A DNA stretch of 64,000 nucleotides. Origin: an uncultured Acidobacteriota bacterium. GTDB lineage: Bacteria; Acidobacteriota; Thermoanaerobaculia; Multivoradales; UBA5704. Shown one piece after another: positions 26,574 through 36,198 of this stretch. A program made the position numbers and the translations under genes. The notes under the pieces were generated by a model that was given only the letters and a program-made list of their open reading frames with translations, had not been told where the DNA came from and ran no database searches. Positions within the stretch are counted from its first letter, which is position 1. Every line of letters starts with the position of its first letter. The stretch covers positions 2,112,001-2,176,000 of the forward strand of contig CAVYRF010000001.1 of NCBI GenBank assembly GCA_963770895.1, in the 5' to 3' direction.

Positions 26574-29500
26574 GTGACGAACAGACATTACGAAGCGGCC
26601 TTCGAAACAGTGATCGAGGCGCATCTCCTCGCGCACGGCTACGTCCCCGTCAAAGCCGAAGGCTTCGACCGCGCACGCGCGATCTTCTCCGAGACCGTGC
26701 TCGCCTTCATCCGAGAGACACAGCCCAGCGAATGGGCCAAGCTTGAGGTTCTCCACGGCGAGGCGACAGGCGAGCAGGTTCTCGCCGACCTCTGCAAGTG
26801 GATGGACATGAACGGCTCGCTCGCCACGTTGCGCCACGGCTTCAAGTGCTACGGCCGGACGCTCCGCGTGGCCTACTTCAAGGCGGCCCATGAGCTGAAC
26901 CCTGAGCTCGAGGCCCGCTACGCGGCCAACCGGCTAGGGTTCACACGTCAGCTCCGTTTCTCGCCTCGTTCGGAGAAGTCGCTCGATGTGACCCTGAGCC
27001 TCAATGGCATTCCGGTGGCGACCATCGAGCTTAAGAACCCGCTCACCGGGCAGGCCGTGGATCATGCGCTGTACCAGTACCGGCATGACCGCGACCCGCA
27101 GGAGCCCATCTTCGAGTTTAAGAGGCGCACCCTGGTCCACTTCGCTGCCGATACCGAGAGCGTACGCATGACCACGCGGCTCGCCGGAAGCGCGACGCAC
27201 TTCCTGCCTTTCGACCAGGGCTGGGAAGGTGGCGCCGGGAACCCACCCGATCTGACCGGGCGCACCTACCGCACCGCCTACCTGTGGGAAGAAGTGCTGG
27301 CGCGCGACAGCCTGCTCGACATCCTCGGGCGCTTCCTGCATCTACAGAGCGACGAGAGACGTGACGAGCGGGGCCACAAGGTAAAGGTCGAGTCGATGGT
27401 GTTCCCGCGCTATCACCAGCTCGACGCGGTGCGGCGGCTGGTGGAGGCTGCGCGCGTCGAAGGCATAGGGCACAACTATCTTATAGAGCACTCCGCCGGC
27501 AGCGGCAAGAGCAACACTATCGGCTGGCTCGCGCACCGCCTGGCCTCCCTCCACGACGCAGGCAATGCGCGGGTGTTCGACAGCGTGATCGTGGTCACCG
27601 ACCGCGTCGTGCTCGATCAGCAGCTCCAGGACACGATCTACCAGTTCGAGCATAAGCGCGGCGTGGTGCAGCAGATCGACGAGCGCTCGCGGCAGCTCGC
27701 GGAGGCGCTTGAGAATGCGGTTCCGATCATCATCACGACGCTCCAGAAATTCCCTTTCGTCTCGCGTCAGTTGTTGAAGCTGGCCGACGAGCGCGGCGTG
27801 CAAGGCACGGGAATGCTGCCAACACGGCGTTGCGCCGTGATCATCGACGAGGCGCATAGCTCACAGGGCGGCGAGACGGTGACCGACCTGAAGGAAGTTC
27901 TGGGCGGCGAGAACCTGCTCGAGCAAGCGCGGCAACGTGCGGTCGAAGAAGGGCGCGCGGACTTCGAGGAGCTCTTCCGCAGCATGGCCAAGCGCGGCCG
28001 ACAGGCAAATTTGAGCTTCTTCGCCTTCACGGCCACGCCCAAGCACAAGACCTTCAAGGTTTTCGGGCGCGACGGCGAGCCGAGCCACCGGTATACCATG
28101 CGCCAGGCGATCGAAGAGGGCTTCATCCTCGACGTGCTGAAGAACTACACGACCTACGCCACCTACTACAAGCTGCTCAAGGCCTGCGAGGATGATCCCA
28201 ACGTCGAACGCAAGCAGGCGGCGCGGGCGTTGGCGCGCTTTCTGCGCCTGCATCCACACAACATCGCGCAGAAGACCGAGGTGATGGTCGAGCACTTCCA
28301 GGCGGTTACGCGGCACAAGATCGGCGGACGGGCCAAGGCGATGGTGGTCACCGGGTCGCGGCTGGAGGCGGTCCGCTACAAGCAGCGCTTCGACGACTAC
28401 ATCAAGAAGAAGGGCTATGCCATCAAGACTCTGGTGGCCTTCTCCGGGACGGTGCCGGACGACGAGCTCCCTGGCGTCGAGTACACGGAAGTGCAAATGA
28501 ACGGCGGCATCCGCGAGAAGGAGCTGCCCGAGAAGTTCGCCACGCAGGAGTACCAGGTCCTGCTGGTCGCGGAGAAGTACCAAACCGGCTTCGACCAGCC
28601 GCTGTTGCACACGATGTACGTGGACAAGCGTCTCGCCGGCATCCAGGCGGTGCAGACCCTGTCGCGGCTCAACCGCACGCATCCTTTCAAGGACGATACC
28701 TTCATCCTCGACTTCGTCAACGATCGAGAGGAGATCCGCGAGGCCTTCAAGATGTACTACGAAGGCGCCCAGATGGGCGAAGAGGTCGATCCGGCCCGAA
28801 TGTATGCAGTCAGGGGCGAGCTCGACGCCTCAGGCATTTTCCTCGACGAGGAAGTCGAGCGATTCAGCGCGGTGTACTTCAAGCCGAAGCAGCGCCAAAG
28901 CGCACAGGACCATCAATCCATGAACGCCGCACTCGATCCGGCCGTCTCACGGTTCACCGTGTTGCAGCGGGACGAAGAGGATGAGGCCGAGCTCTGGCGT
29001 GGCAAGGTCCAGGCGTTCCGCAACTTGTATGCCTTCCTTAGCCAGGTCATCCCGTATCAGGACTCCGATCTTGAACGGCTCTATGTCTTCCTGCGCTATC
29101 TCGCGGCAAAATTGCCCCGCCGCCGCGGAGGGCCCACCTACCAGTTCGATGACGAGGTGCAGCTCGAGTACTACCGCCTGCAGAAGATCAGCGAGGGCTC
29201 GATCTCGCTCCAGGAGGGCCAAGCCCGGTCCCTCGATGGTCCGAAAGAGGTCGGTTCGGGGCTTGTGCGAGCTGAGGAAGTTCCGCTGTCGCAGCTCGTC
29301 GACCTGCTCAACGAGCGCTTCGGCACCGATTTCAACCAGGCGGACCAGCTCTTCTTCGATCAGATCGTCGAGGCCGCGGTGACCGACGATGGACTGCGCC
29401 AAGCGGCTGCCGTGAACCCGATGGACAAGTTCGAGCTGGTGTTCAGAAATCTCCTCGAGCGCCTCTTCGTCGAGCGCATGGACCAGAATGAAGAAATCTT

Positions 29501-30122
29501 CGTCCGTTACATGAACGAAGCGCCCTTCCGGAACTTCGTCGGCCCGAGGATGGCGTCGCAGGTGTACCAGCGTCTGAGGTCGGATGAGAGTGGCTCGGCG
29601 ATCGACGCGACCGAGCGAGGCCTGCCATCGAACCTGCGGCGGGTCGAGGGCTCCGCGAAGGAGCGTTACGTCAGTTGCGTGCCATTCATTCCGCTCAAGG
29701 CAGCCGCGGGCGCCTTTAGCGATCCGCAGCACGTTGCGGATGACGGCTACGAGTGGGTCGCGGTCAGCTCACGCCACCGACTGCACCCAGGGATGTTCGT
29801 TGCACAGGTCGTGGGAAAGTCCATGGAGCCCATCATTCCTGACGGGTCCTGGTGCCTCTTTCGCGCACCGGTCGAAGGCTCTCGGCAGGGGAGGACCGTC
29901 CTCGTCCAACTGCACGACCTCACCGACCCAGAGACCGGCCAGCGGTACACGGTCAAGCAATACGAGAGCGAGAAGGCCGCAAAAGGCAATTCGTGGCGCC
30001 ACGAGAGGATCACGCTCAAGGCCATGAATCCCGACTTCAGTCCGATTGTGCTCAACCCTGAAGGTGAGGATGTGGTCGAAGTGGTAGCGGAGTTGGTCGA
30101 GGTTCTCGGTTCGGGCCTATAA
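26574..30122 (+). CDS. hsdR: Type I restriction endonuclease subunit R with C-terminal S24 (LexA-like) peptidase domain
   Basis: Nuclease [47 protein letters not shown]. Tail has [20 protein letters not shown]. Confidence 0.95.
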   Translation: MTNRHYEAAFETVIEAHLLAHGYVPVKAEGFDRARAIFSETVLAFIRETQPSEWAKLEVLHGEATGEQVLADLCKWMDMNGSLATLRHGFKCYGRTLRVAYFKAAHELNPELEARYAANRLGFTRQLRFSPRSEKSLDVTLSLNGIPVATIELKNPLTGQAVDHALYQYRHDRDPQEPIFEFKRRTLVHFAADTESVRMTTRLAGSATHFLPFDQGWEGGAGNPPDLTGRTYRTAYLWEEVLARDSLLDILGRFLHLQSDERRDERGHKVKVESMVFPRYHQLDAVRRLVEAARVEGIGHNYLIEHSAGSGKSNTIGWLAHRLASLHDAGNARVFDSVIVVTDRVVLDQQLQDTIYQFEHKRGVVQQIDERSRQLAEALENAVPIIITTLQKFPFVSRQLLKLADERGVQGTGMLPTRRCAVIIDEAHSSQGGETVTDLKEVLGGENLLEQARQRAVEEGRADFEELFRSMAKRGRQANLSFFAFTATPKHKTFKVFGRDGEPSHRYTMRQAIEEGFILDVLKNYTTYATYYKLLKACEDDPNVERKQAARALARFLRLHPHNIAQKTEVMVEHFQAVTRHKIGGRAKAMVVTGSRLEAVRYKQRFDDYIKKKGYAIKTLVAFSGTVPDDELPGVEYTEVQMNGGIREKELPEKFATQEYQVLLVAEKYQTGFDQPLLHTMYVDKRLAGIQAVQTLSRLNRTHPFKDDTFILDFVNDREEIREAFKMYYEGAQMGEEVDPARMYAVRGELDASGIFLDEEVERFSAVYFKPKQRQSAQDHQSMNAALDPAVSRFTVLQRDEEDEAELWRGKVQAFRNLYAFLSQVIPYQDSDLERLYVFLRYLAAKLPRRRGGPTYQFDDEVQLEYYRLQKISEGSISLQEGQARSLDGPKEVGSGLVRAEEVPLSQLVDLLNERFGTDFNQADQLFFDQIVEAAVTDDGLRQAAAVNPMDKFELVFRNLLERLFVERMDQNEEIFVRYMNEAPFRNFVGPRMASQVYQRLRSDESGSAIDATERGLPSNLRRVEGSAKERYVSCVPFIPLKAAAGAFSDPQHVADDGYEWVAVSSRHRLHPGMFVAQVVGKSMEPIIPDGSWCLFRAPVEGSRQGRTVLVQLHDLTDPETGQRYTVKQYESEKAAKGNSWRHERITLKAMNPDFSPIVLNPEGEDVVEVVAELVEVLGSGL

Positions 30123-30225
30123 GGCGGCAGGAAAGGCCCTTGATCTCAGGGCTCACCAGGTCACCGCAGGGCTTGCTACCCGGTGCCATGGCCGGCCGCG
30201 GCCAGTTCGGCTCTCCGGTATCCGC

Positions 30226-33200
30226 TCAGCGGGCCGCCGCGAGGTCGCGCTCGAGCTGGTCCAGGAGGAGTTCCTCGGCGGCCAGGGCGAGCGCCGCGGC
30301 GGTGGTCCGTTCGAGGAGAGTTGCGAGTGACAGGCGGACGCCGAGCTCCTGCTCCAGGCGATGGCGGACACGGGGGAGGAGGAGCGAGCGGCCGCCCAGG
30401 GCGAAGAAGTCGTCCTGGCGGCCGACGCGCGGGACTCCCAGGAGGTCGCGCCAGACGTATGCCACCGCCTCCTCGGCCGGCGTCGCCGGCGCCTCGTAGC
30501 CGCCGGCCGCGGTCGCCTCGAGCTTGGGGACCGGAAGAGCGCGGCGGTCGAGCTTGCCGCTGGCGTTGCGCGGCAAGGCGGGAAGCAGGGCGAAGAGCGA
30601 CGGCACCATGGGCTCGGGGAGGCGCTCTTTCAAGAAGCCGCGAAGCTCGGCCGCGGTGGCGCCTTCCCCCGGCCGCGCCGCCCACCAGGCGACCAGCGCG
30701 CGCTCGCCGGCGCGCCGCTCGTCGACCCCCACGGCCGCCTCGGCGACCGCCGGGTGCTGCGCCAGCGCCCCCTCGATCTCCGCCAGCTCGATGCGGACGC
30801 CGCGCACCTTGACCTGGCGGTCGATGCGGCCGAGGTACTCGAGCGCGCCGTCCTCCCCTCCATCCAGACGATGGCGCGCCAGGTCGCCGGTGGTGTACAT
30901 CCGCGCGCCGGAGCGGCCGGCGAAGGGGTCGGGAAGGAAGGCGCGGGCGGTGAGGTCCGGGCGCCCGAGGTAGCCGCGGGCCAAGCTCTCGCCGCCGACC
31001 GAGAGCTCGCCGGGGATCCCCGGCGGGCAGAGCTCGCGCGCGCCGTCCAGGACGTAGGCGCGGGCGCCCGGCAGCGGCCGGCCGATGGGGAGCTCGCGGA
31101 GCGGGCGTGGCGGGGCGTCCGGCTCGCCATGGAGGGAGTGCGAGGTGGCGGCGACGGTGACCTCCGTCGGCCCGTAGGAGTTGATCACCCGCACCGCGGG
31201 GCCGAGCTGACGGCGGAGGCGTGCGACGCGTTCCGGGAGCGGCCGCTCGCCGCCGGTGACCAGGAGGCGGATGGATGACGGCCAGGCGGCCTCGCCGGCG
31301 TCGACCCGGTCGACCAGCTCCTGCCAGAAGACGGTGGGGAGGTCGCAGACGGTCACCCCCCAGCTCGCGCAGGCGCCCAGGAAGGCCGCCGCCCCGGCGA
31401 GCATCGCGTCGTTGCGGAGGATCAGCGCCGCGCCGCTCGCCAGGCAGGAGAAGATCTCCCCGGCGCTGGCGTCGAAGGAGAGGGAGGCGAACTGCAGCAT
31501 GCGATCGGAGGGGGTGAGCGCGAGGTCCCGCCGCGCCGCGAGGACGTAGCTCGCGAGCCCGCCGTGGCGGATCATCACCCCCTTGGGCGCGCCGGTCGAG
31601 CCCGAGGTGTAGATGACGTAGGCGAGGCCCTCGCGGCCGGCCCCTGGCGTCGGGTCGCTCGGTGGTCCGCTCGGCGGCTCGACCGCGAGGGCCGGCCAGA
31701 TCTCGTCGAGGTCGACGACGGGCAGGCCGGCGAGCTGGGCCGCCGCGCGCGCCGCCGCGCGCCCGCCGCCGGTCAAGAGCGCCGCGGTGACGGCGCCGCG
31801 CCCGGCGTCCTGACCGGTGTCCCGCCCGATGTCCCTGAGGATGACGGCCAGGCGCTCGACCGGGCTGGCCGGGTCGAGCGGCACGTAGGCTCCCCCCGCG
31901 GCGAGCACGGCGAGAACGGCGGCGATCCGGCGCGGCGAGTGCTCGAGGGCGATCGCCACCCGGCTCTCGGGGCCGATCCCCTGGGCGACGAGCCGGCGCG
32001 CCAGGCTGTGCGCGAGGCGGGCGAGCTCGCCATAGGAGACCTCCCGACCCTCTGCGACGACGGCCGGCGCGCCGGGCCTGCGCGCCGCCTGGGCGAAAAA
32101 GGCGCGATGGACCAGCGGCGGCCGGGCCCCAGCTTGGCTGGCCTGACCGTCCTCGCCGGCCTCGCCGGCCTCGCCGCCGTCGCTCCAGGCGAGGAGCTGG
32201 CGGCGCTCGGACGTCGAGAGGAGGGGGAGCTCGGCGAGCGGCCGCTGCGGCGCGGCGAGCGCGGCGGCGAGCAAGGCCGCCAGGTGGTCGAGGAGGCGCG
32301 CCGCCGTCGCCTCGGTGAACAGGTGGGCGTCGTAGGCGAGCCGCAGCCCGATGCCGCCACCGCCATCACCCGCGCCGCGGGGATCGGACGTCTCTTCGGC
32401 GACGAGGCCGAGCTCGAAGACCTCCGCCGCCAGGTCCGCCGCGGGATCGGGGGGAGAGACGGCGATCTGGAGGCCCGCGCAGGAGAGCCGCGGCGCCGGC
32501 TGGCTGCGGAGCAGGAACAGGACCTGGAACGGCGGCGCGCGGCGCGGCTCGCGCGGCAGGTCCAGGGCCGTGAGGAGCATCTCGAGCGGCAGGTCCTGGT
32601 GCGCGCCGGCGCCCGCTGCCGCCTGCCGTACCTCGTCGACGAGCGGGCCGTAGCCGCGGTCGAGCCGCGGGCGGGCGCGGCGGACCAGGACGTTCCGGAA
32701 GGGTCCGATCAGCCCCAGGGCCTCCGGGCGGCGGCTCTCGACCGGCGTGCCGACCAGGACGTCCTCCTCGCCGCTGGTGCGCGCGAGGACGGCGGCCCAG
32801 GCGGCCAGGAGGAGCGAAGAGAGCGTCGCCCCGCGCCGGCCGCCCAGCTCGCGGAGGGCCGCGGCGAGCGGCGCCGGCAGCACGCGGTGGACCTCGCCGG
32901 CAAGGAATCCTTGCGCCGAGGCGCGGTCGAAGTCGGCCGGCAATCGCAGGACGGGAAGCGGCGGGGCGAGCTCGCGCCGCCAGGGATCGACCTCGAGGGC
33001 GAGCGCCTCGTCCGCGAAGTGCAGCCTCTGCCAGAGCGCATGGTCGGCGTACTGCAAGGGGGGCTCGGGGAGCGGCGACGGCCGGCCCGCGGCGAAGGCC
33101 TCGTAGAGCGCCGCGACCTCTCGCCAGAGGACGAGGCTCGATCCGCCGTCGAAGACGATGGGGTGAGCGGCGAGCAGCCCGGCGTGCCGGCCCGCCGCGA

Positions 33201-33600
33201 CGCGCACCAGAGCGACGCGGACGAGCGGCCCCGCCGCGAGGTCGAACGGGCGCCGCCGCTCCGCGGTGGCGAGGCGCGCGACCTCGCGCCTCGACGGCGG
33301 CTCCGGCAGGCCGGCGAGGTCGACGAGCGGCAGCGGCCGGCGCGCGGCGGGGGCCACGACGGGTTCCGGTGCGCCGCCTGGCGCGGCGAAGGTGGTGCGC
33401 AGGGTCTGGTGCCGGCGGACCACCTCGTCGAGCGCGCGGGCGAGGACGGCGCGGGCGAGCGGGCCCGCGATGTCGACGGTGTGGAAGAGGTTGCAGGTTG
33501 CCGCGCCCGGGTCGATCTGGTCGAGGAGCCACATGCGCTCCTGGGCGAAGGAGAGCGGGCGGACCGCTTCGTTCTGAAGCGCCGTCACACCAGGTCGCAC
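30226..33600 (-). CDS. Monomodular NRPS C*-A-T (degenerate C; A predicted for a basic residue)
   Basis: LSFAQERMW, AHPIVFDG in place of HHxxxDG, YTSGSTGAPKG, NSYGPTE, FFALGGRSL. Manual pocket code DAGDVGSVAK. Confidence 0.9.
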   Translation of the reverse strand: MRPGVTALQNEAVRPLSFAQERMWLLDQIDPGAATCNLFHTVDIAGPLARAVLARALDEVVRRHQTLRTTFAAPGGAPEPVVAPAARRPLPLVDLAGLPEPPSRREVARLATAERRRPFDLAAGPLVRVALVRVAAGRHAGLLAAHPIVFDGGSSLVLWREVAALYEAFAAGRPSPLPEPPLQYADHALWQRLHFADEALALEVDPWRRELAPPLPVLRLPADFDRASAQGFLAGEVHRVLPAPLAAALRELGGRRGATLSSLLLAAWAAVLARTSGEEDVLVGTPVESRRPEALGLIGPFRNVLVRRARPRLDRGYGPLVDEVRQAAAGAGAHQDLPLEMLLTALDLPREPRRAPPFQVLFLLRSQPAPRLSCAGLQIAVSPPDPAADLAAEVFELGLVAEETSDPRGAGDGGGGIGLRLAYDAHLFTEATAARLLDHLAALLAAALAAPQRPLAELPLLSTSERRQLLAWSDGGEAGEAGEDGQASQAGARPPLVHRAFFAQAARRPGAPAVVAEGREVSYGELARLAHSLARRLVAQGIGPESRVAIALEHSPRRIAAVLAVLAAGGAYVPLDPASPVERLAVILRDIGRDTGQDAGRGAVTAALLTGGGRAAARAAAQLAGLPVVDLDEIWPALAVEPPSGPPSDPTPGAGREGLAYVIYTSGSTGAPKGVMIRHGGLASYVLAARRDLALTPSDRMLQFASLSFDASAGEIFSCLASGAALILRNDAMLAGAAAFLGACASWGVTVCDLPTVFWQELVDRVDAGEAAWPSSIRLLVTGGERPLPERVARLRRQLGPAVRVINSYGPTEVTVAATSHSLHGEPDAPPRPLRELPIGRPLPGARAYVLDGARELCPPGIPGELSVGGESLARGYLGRPDLTARAFLPDPFAGRSGARMYTTGDLARHRLDGGEDGALEYLGRIDRQVKVRGVRIELAEIEGALAQHPAVAEAAVGVDERRAGERALVAWWAARPGEGATAAELRGFLKERLPEPMVPSLFALLPALPRNASGKLDRRALPVPKLEATAAGGYEAPATPAEEAVAYVWRDLLGVPRVGRQDDFFALGGRSLLLPRVRHRLEQELGVRLSLATLLERTTAAALALAAEELLLDQLERDLAAAR

Positions 33601-33622
33601 GGTTTGGGGCGGGACCGCCCGG

Positions 33623-36049
33623 CTATTCCTGGCGCAGGGCGATCAGGGGATCGATCCGCGTCGCGCGGCGCGCCGGCAGGAAGTTGGCGGCGAGGGCGAC
33701 GGCGGCGAGGACCAGGGCCACGATGGCGAAGGTCCAGGGATCGTTCGTGCTCACGCCGTAGACCAGGCTGGCGAGCTGGCGGGTGGCGGCGAAGGCGACG
33801 GCGAGCCCGAGCCCGAGCCCGATCAGCACCAGGATCATCCCCTGGCGGAGAACCAGGCCGAGCACGTCGTCGCGATGGGCGCCGAGCGCCATGCGGATGC
33901 CGATCTCGTGGGTGCGCTGGTCGACCGTGTAGCTCACCACGCCGTAGACGCCGACCGCCGCGAGCACCAGGGCGAGCCCGGCGAAGAGGCCGAGGAGCAC
34001 GGTGTTGAAGCGGTTCGAGGCGAGCGAGGCGGCGACCACCTCGTCCATCGTCTGCGCCTGATCGACCGGCAGATCGTGGTCGAGGTCCTGCACGACCCGG
34101 CGGATGGGCGTCGCGAGCGTGCGCGGGTCGCCGGCGGTGTGCACGACGAGGGTGGAGTTGAGCTGCGGGCTCTGGAGCTGGGCGGTGTAGATCTCGTCGC
34201 CGGGGTCCCTGTCCAGGCTGAGGTGGCGCACGTCGCCGACGACGCCGACGACCGTCATCCAGCGCACGTCCTTATCGTGCGGATCGTCCAAGGTGAGGCG
34301 CTTGTTCAGCGCGTCGCCACCCGGCCACAGCTTGTCGGCGAGCGTGCGGTTGATGACCGCGACCGGGGTCGTGGCGTCGGTATCGTGATCGTCGAAGACC
34401 CTTCCTTTGAGCAGCCGCACGCCGAGGGTGCGGAAGAAGCCGGGGGAGACAAACCGCACGTTCGCCGCCGGCGCGTCCTGCGGCCGCGGGAACGGCCGGT
34501 CGCCGGCGGCGAAGTTGAGGATCATCCGATCGCTGCTGAGCGGCAGCGGGTACGCGGTCCCGGCCTGGTCGACGCCGGGCAGCTGCGCGACCCGCGCCAG
34601 CAGCGCGCGATAGAAGGCGATCTGCCGCTTGGGCTCATGATAGCGGAGCTCCGCCGGCGCCAGGGCGACGGTGAGGACCCCCTGCGACCGGAAGCCGGGG
34701 TCGAGGGAGTGCAGGCGGGAGAAGCTCTTGATGAGGAGCCCCGCCGCGACCAGGAGGACCAGGGCGACCGCCACCTCGGAGAGCACCAGGGCCTGTCGCG
34801 CCAGGCGCCCGCGGGCGCCGCCGGCGACGGCGCGCCCCCCCTCCTTGAGCGAGGCGTGGAGATGGCCGCCGGAGCTCTGCAGGGCGGGGATCAGGCCGAA
34901 GAGGAGGCCGGTGCCGACGGCTACGCCGAGGGTGAAGGCGAGCGCTTTCCAATCGACGGCGATCGAGTCGGCGCGCGGGATCTTGTTGCCCCCCAGGGCG
35001 ACGAGGGCGTGCACCCCCCAGACCGCGAGGAGGAGCCCGAGGAGGCCGCCGCCGAGCGACAGCAGGACGCTCTCGGTGAGCACCTGGCGCACCAGACGGC
35101 CGCGGCTGGCGCCGAGCGCGGTGCGCAGGGCGAGCTCGCGCTCGCGCGACGCCATGCGCACCAGCAGGAGGTTGGCGACGTTCAGGCAGGCGATGAGCAG
35201 CACCGCCGCCACCGCCGCCACCAGCACCAGCAGCGCCGGCCGGATCAGCTGCACCATATTCTCTCTGAGCCCGATCAATCTCACCGTCCACCCTTCGTTC
35301 GTCGCCGGGAATTGGCGGGCGAGGCGGCCGGCGATGCCCACCATCTCGGTGGTCGCGCCCTGGAGCGACACGCCCGGCCGGAGGCGGCCGGCGACCAGGA
35401 ACGTATGGGCGCCGCGGTCGGCCTTGGCGGGATCGACGGCGAGCGGCAGCCAGAGGTCGCGGTGGCTGGGCATGTCGAAGCGGGGCGGCGCCACGCCGAC
35501 GACCGTGTAGCTCTCGCCGTCGAGCGTCAGGCTGCTGCCGACGATCGCCGGATCGGCGCCGAAGCGGCGCCGCCAGAAGCCGTCGGCGAGCACCGCCACC
35601 CGGTGGTTGGCCGGCGTGTCCTCCGCGGCGGTGAAGACGCGGCCGGCGCCGCCGCGCATCCGGGCGACGCCGAAGACCTGCCAGAAATCGGCGGAGACCG
35701 TCGCCGCCCTGAGCTTCTGCGGCTCGCCGCGGCCGGTCAGGCTGACGCTCGCCGTGTCCAACGCCGCCAGCGCCGTGAACGAGCGGCTCTGCTGCCGCCA
35801 GTCGAGGAAGTTCTGGCTGGCGACGCTGAAGGTCGGGTAGCCCATCCCCGGGTTGCTCTCCCGGATGAGCACGATGCGGTCGGGATCGGGGTAGGGCAGG
35901 GGCTCGAGCAGCACGCCGTTGACGACGCTGAAAATGGCGCAATTGGCGCCGATGCCGAGCGCCAGCGCGAGGAGTGCGGCGCCGGCGGTGAGAGGCGAGC
36001 GGCGCAGGCTGCGCATCCCGAAGCGGACGTCACTCCAGAGGGTTCCCAT
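33623..36049 (-). CDS. Duplicated MacB/FtsX-type ABC permease (ADOP family)
   Basis: LALGIGANCAIFSVVNGVLL, IACLNVANLLL, RELALRTALGA, RTHEIGIRMALGA, PARRATRIDPLIALR. Confidence 0.93.
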   Translation of the reverse strand: MGTLWSDVRFGMRSLRRSPLTAGAALLALALGIGANCAIFSVVNGVLLEPLPYPDPDRIVLIRESNPGMGYPTFSVASQNFLDWRQQSRSFTALAALDTASVSLTGRGEPQKLRAATVSADFWQVFGVARMRGGAGRVFTAAEDTPANHRVAVLADGFWRRRFGADPAIVGSSLTLDGESYTVVGVAPPRFDMPSHRDLWLPLAVDPAKADRGAHTFLVAGRLRPGVSLQGATTEMVGIAGRLARQFPATNEGWTVRLIGLRENMVQLIRPALLVLVAAVAAVLLIACLNVANLLLVRMASRERELALRTALGASRGRLVRQVLTESVLLSLGGGLLGLLLAVWGVHALVALGGNKIPRADSIAVDWKALAFTLGVAVGTGLLFGLIPALQSSGGHLHASLKEGGRAVAGGARGRLARQALVLSEVAVALVLLVAAGLLIKSFSRLHSLDPGFRSQGVLTVALAPAELRYHEPKRQIAFYRALLARVAQLPGVDQAGTAYPLPLSSDRMILNFAAGDRPFPRPQDAPAANVRFVSPGFFRTLGVRLLKGRVFDDHDTDATTPVAVINRTLADKLWPGGDALNKRLTLDDPHDKDVRWMTVVGVVGDVRHLSLDRDPGDEIYTAQLQSPQLNSTLVVHTAGDPRTLATPIRRVVQDLDHDLPVDQAQTMDEVVAASLASNRFNTVLLGLFAGLALVLAAVGVYGVVSYTVDQRTHEIGIRMALGAHRDDVLGLVLRQGMILVLIGLGLGLAVAFAATRQLASLVYGVSTNDPWTFAIVALVLAAVALAANFLPARRATRIDPLIALRQE

Positions 36050-36198
36050 GGGCGGATAGCTTGGCATGGGGTCGGCGGTGGGTCAACGTGAAGACCATGC
36101 GGGCCGCCGGCCGACAGTTCAGTATTTGCAAACGTTTCTGCCATTTGCCGCCGCTGTCCTATTCTGCGATCTTTGAGCACACCTTGGTAGACGTGGCC

